A stretch of DNA of 64,000 bases from Chrysomallon squamiferum (lineage: Eukaryota; Animalia; Mollusca), in NCBI GenBank assembly GCA_012295275.1, contig CM022665.1, forward strand, positions 2,480,001-2,544,000. Direction: 5' to 3'. Of this stretch, positions 40,320 to 64,000 are shown piece after piece (positions within the stretch are counted from its first letter, which is position 1; every line of letters starts with the position of its first letter). The position numbers and the translations under genes were made by a program. A model generated the notes under the pieces. That model was not told the DNA's origin, searched no databases, and worked only from the letters and a program-made list of their open reading frames with translations.

Positions 40320-40440
40320 GAGCAGGATATTCCATTTCAGTGGTATCTCAGTGACTGGTGCATCAAATACCAGGTGCTTTCCTGGATGTTGGAAGATGCA
40401 TGTAAAATATAATTTACTGCTGATCGATAACAGCATATAA
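40320..40440 (+). mobile_element. Degenerate SINE-like remnant resembling the Deu/Nin-domain core
   Basis: GACTGGTGCATCAAA..TGCTTTCCTGGATGTTGGAAGATGCATGTAAAA..ACTGCTGATCGA resembles the recalled Nin-SINE core (TGCTATCCTGTCTGTGGGATGGTGCATATAAAAGATCCCTTGCTGCT). A second partial copy is at about 39503-39536 (TACTTTCCTGTTCATAGGCAAGTGCATATAAAAT). Confidence 0.4.
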
Positions 40441-41164
40441 TTCGTGGTACATTAACTCCAGATATTCTTTCTATGGCCTTTGTCTATTAAGAATTATGGA
40501 AATAATTCCAGCTTTTAAAAACTGTGTAGAGTGACTGGTAATTTTGCAGTTCAGGTTCGTGCTTTCTCAGCACAAGTTTTACTGAATATTTTGCTACGAT
40601 TTGTAGTTTTTCTCCAGGGAAAAGAAAAAAGTATTAGTTGAAACTTAGACATATTTTGAATTCATTTATTTTTATTACTACTACTTTTTTCTTTCTTTCT
40701 TTTTTAAAAAAAATAAAAAATAAAAATAAAATAAAAGAAAGAAAAGAAATTAAAAAGCAGGCGAAATATTCAATAAAACTTGCATTGACAAGGCGCACAT
40801 AGACATAAACTGAAAAATAACGACAGTAATTATTTTATTTTGTCTAACATTAAACCTGAAAATAAATCCTAAAGCCTAAATAATCCTAGCGCTGCCTGTT
40901 GGAATGCTCGGAAAATTTTTCCAAAAATGGGAAAATTCTATGGCATACGACTGATTCGATTCGATTTCCTTAGGCGCGTTTACTTTGTATTGTGTATAAA
41001 CCATTGGAATCTTGGAATCGGATCTTTACCGCAATTATATGGTTTGGTTTTGATTAAAATCCGCTGTTTTCTCTAATTAATAGTATGACACAGTTCGTGG
41101 TTCATGTGCCTTAAACCTCATACACACTAATTCATGACCTCTCGTTCAATAAATTTGACAGACA

Positions 41165-41538
41165 TGACGTCATTGGTATTAATTTGAGCATGCGCATTGT
41201 CCCATTATACGAGCTCTATGGAAGTGTATTATGTATGTATTATGTACTGTTCAGTGACAATATGTTGTGATAGATTTTAAATTCGAAAGGATTTCCAGTT
41301 GTCTTCATACTGACAGGGTGAGTTATTAATATTTGTACTTTTTAATGATAGGAAATTATGAACTAAAACTGAATAAATGAAGTATAAGAAAATTACGAAG
41401 GCATTTGGCGTAATGTTTTCACATGGACAGTGTAGCATGAGCAACGGGTTCCGAAGAACAGCGAATTCAGTTTCATTCAATCTTTTTAATATTATTATTT
41501 TATGTTTTATTCGATATTAGAAATGATCGTAAGTAAGT
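41165..41538 (+). promoter_or_regulatory. Probable HEATR5B promoter and non-coding first exon
   Basis: CRE TGACGTCA at 41165-41172, inverted CCAAT at 41172-41176 and NRF1-like TGAGCATGCGCA at 41185-41196, in a CpG-rich region. GTAAGT donors at 41529/41533 could splice to the acceptor at 42753 just upstream of the ATG. Confidence 0.5.
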
Positions 41539-42800
41539 CAGTTAGTGGCAAACCTAGCTACTGTCTTCAGAGTTAAAATTTCACGATTTGTGATGTTAAA
41601 TTTTTGTTTTCATGTGATGGAATTCTGGACCGATCCCCTTCCAGTAATTAGTATAAGCAGAAATTATGGTTAATAATGTATTGTCAAAATATGATATGCA
41701 TAAATTTGGTTTCTTTGTATTAATTATTACCTTCCGTAGTCTTGTAGTTTTTCTCCTCGACGTTTATAAAATGAAACTGATAAATATTTGATTTTTATAT
41801 TTAATAAGGATACAAAACATTTAGGATAAAAGTGAATGAGTTTAAACTGACAGTTAAAGAACTCTGTAATGACATATATTAACATGTCTTATGACAAAAA
41901 TAAAAACGTTATTTGGTTGTTTGTACAAATTTTCTTTTATTATTTTATGACATTTATAATTGCTTCACTATACATATTTTGACATGAAATGTACACAGTA
42001 ATATACATGACAGTACTGAATTTTATGTATTTTACCAGGAATGTTCATCAGAGAAGAATACTGTTAATACCCATATTTCAAATATATTTTTATATTGTGA
42101 ACTGTTAAGGGATAAGAAAAATGACTGTTTAATTAATAAAATAATTTATTGTGGTGCATACAGTTATTCATAATATTCAGTTGTGTAAAATCAATGTTAT
42201 ATTATTAATAATTATGGAGTGGAAGAAATGGTAATGTTATTCTGTTATAGATCTTCCTTTTTAGTACTCCTTCAAAGTCATTTTGTAATTATAAAAATAT
42301 CTTACATTTCCTGTTTTATCCATGTACTTGACACGTTCATCAGTGGTGTGGCTGTCAATTTCTAAAATTAATTTCACTTCCATGTTTTTCATGCATATAA
42401 AGCAGACAGTTTTACAGAACATTAGAAATTAATGTGTTAGGTGTTTAGGTGAAATGAAAGCAGTTGATTTTGCTGGACCAAGCCTCAATTGATTTGTTTA
42501 ATATCAATAAAAAATAAATGTATTTTGTTATTAGTGCATGATTGTTATTATTATTATCCTTATCCTTTATTTTACTCAGTTATAATCATTTGTTTAGATT
42601 ATTATTAATATTTTATTTATAAGTACTTAAATTATTTCGGTTAATTACATGGTGTTCTGTAACATATTATCACACAAATATATAAACATAATTATAATAG
42701 GCTACTATTTCCCATCCCCACAAAACAGTAATAAAAATTATTTCTTTTGGCAGATTTGTAACCTCTTTAAGTTACCATTTTATTGAGAGAACTTATCAGA

Positions 42801-63768
<20,968 letters not shown>

Positions 63769-64000
63769 GTTCGTGTACAGGAAGTTTGTTAAATATATAA
63801 TTCACAGTAGTAGATTTGTTATGTAAAGGTTATTAAATAATGTTTTTATCGTCTGATGGAAGCAGAGTTAATAATTAACATTTGATTTTTTTTTTTTTAT
63901 TATTGATTTAATAATATTGATTGAGTAATATGTCATAATGCTAAAATATTCGTCTTTAGAAAGTTTAGACAGCACCATGTAGAAATGGAACATAAACAGT

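Overview
AT-rich, intron-dense animal genomic DNA. It is most consistent with an invertebrate, and a mollusc is a tentative inference from SINE-like remnants. It is not prokaryotic, so most of the supplied ORF track is spurious or catches only exon fragments. I rebuilt exon chains by hand from splice sites and reading phase and found six protein-coding loci. (1) The 3' half of a NOX2/gp91phox-type NADPH oxidase (+, 292-4387). (2) GTF2A1/TFIIA alpha-beta (+, 7032-13663). (3) A divergent NSL1/Mis14-like kinetochore gene (-, 22841-18917). (4) A small uncharacterised gene of about 85 aa with an RFX X-box promoter (-, 26072-25566). (5) An uncharacterised secreted protein of about 650 aa with a signal peptide, two tandem PAN/Apple-like 4-Cys modules and a long coiled coil (-, 37066 to about 28742). 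(6) HEATR5B (+, from 42801, running off the window end), with two GC-AG introns and a 33-nt candidate microexon. NOX and HEATR5B each carry an apparent 1-nt deletion in a short homopolymer, which most likely reflects consensus errors. Decayed Gypsy integrase, L2/CR1 LINE, piggyBac-like and SINE-like remnants and several microsatellites are present. The best candidates for novel biology are loci 5 and 4. I found no CRISPR, rRNA or tRNA. All homology calls come from recalled sequences, not from database searches.
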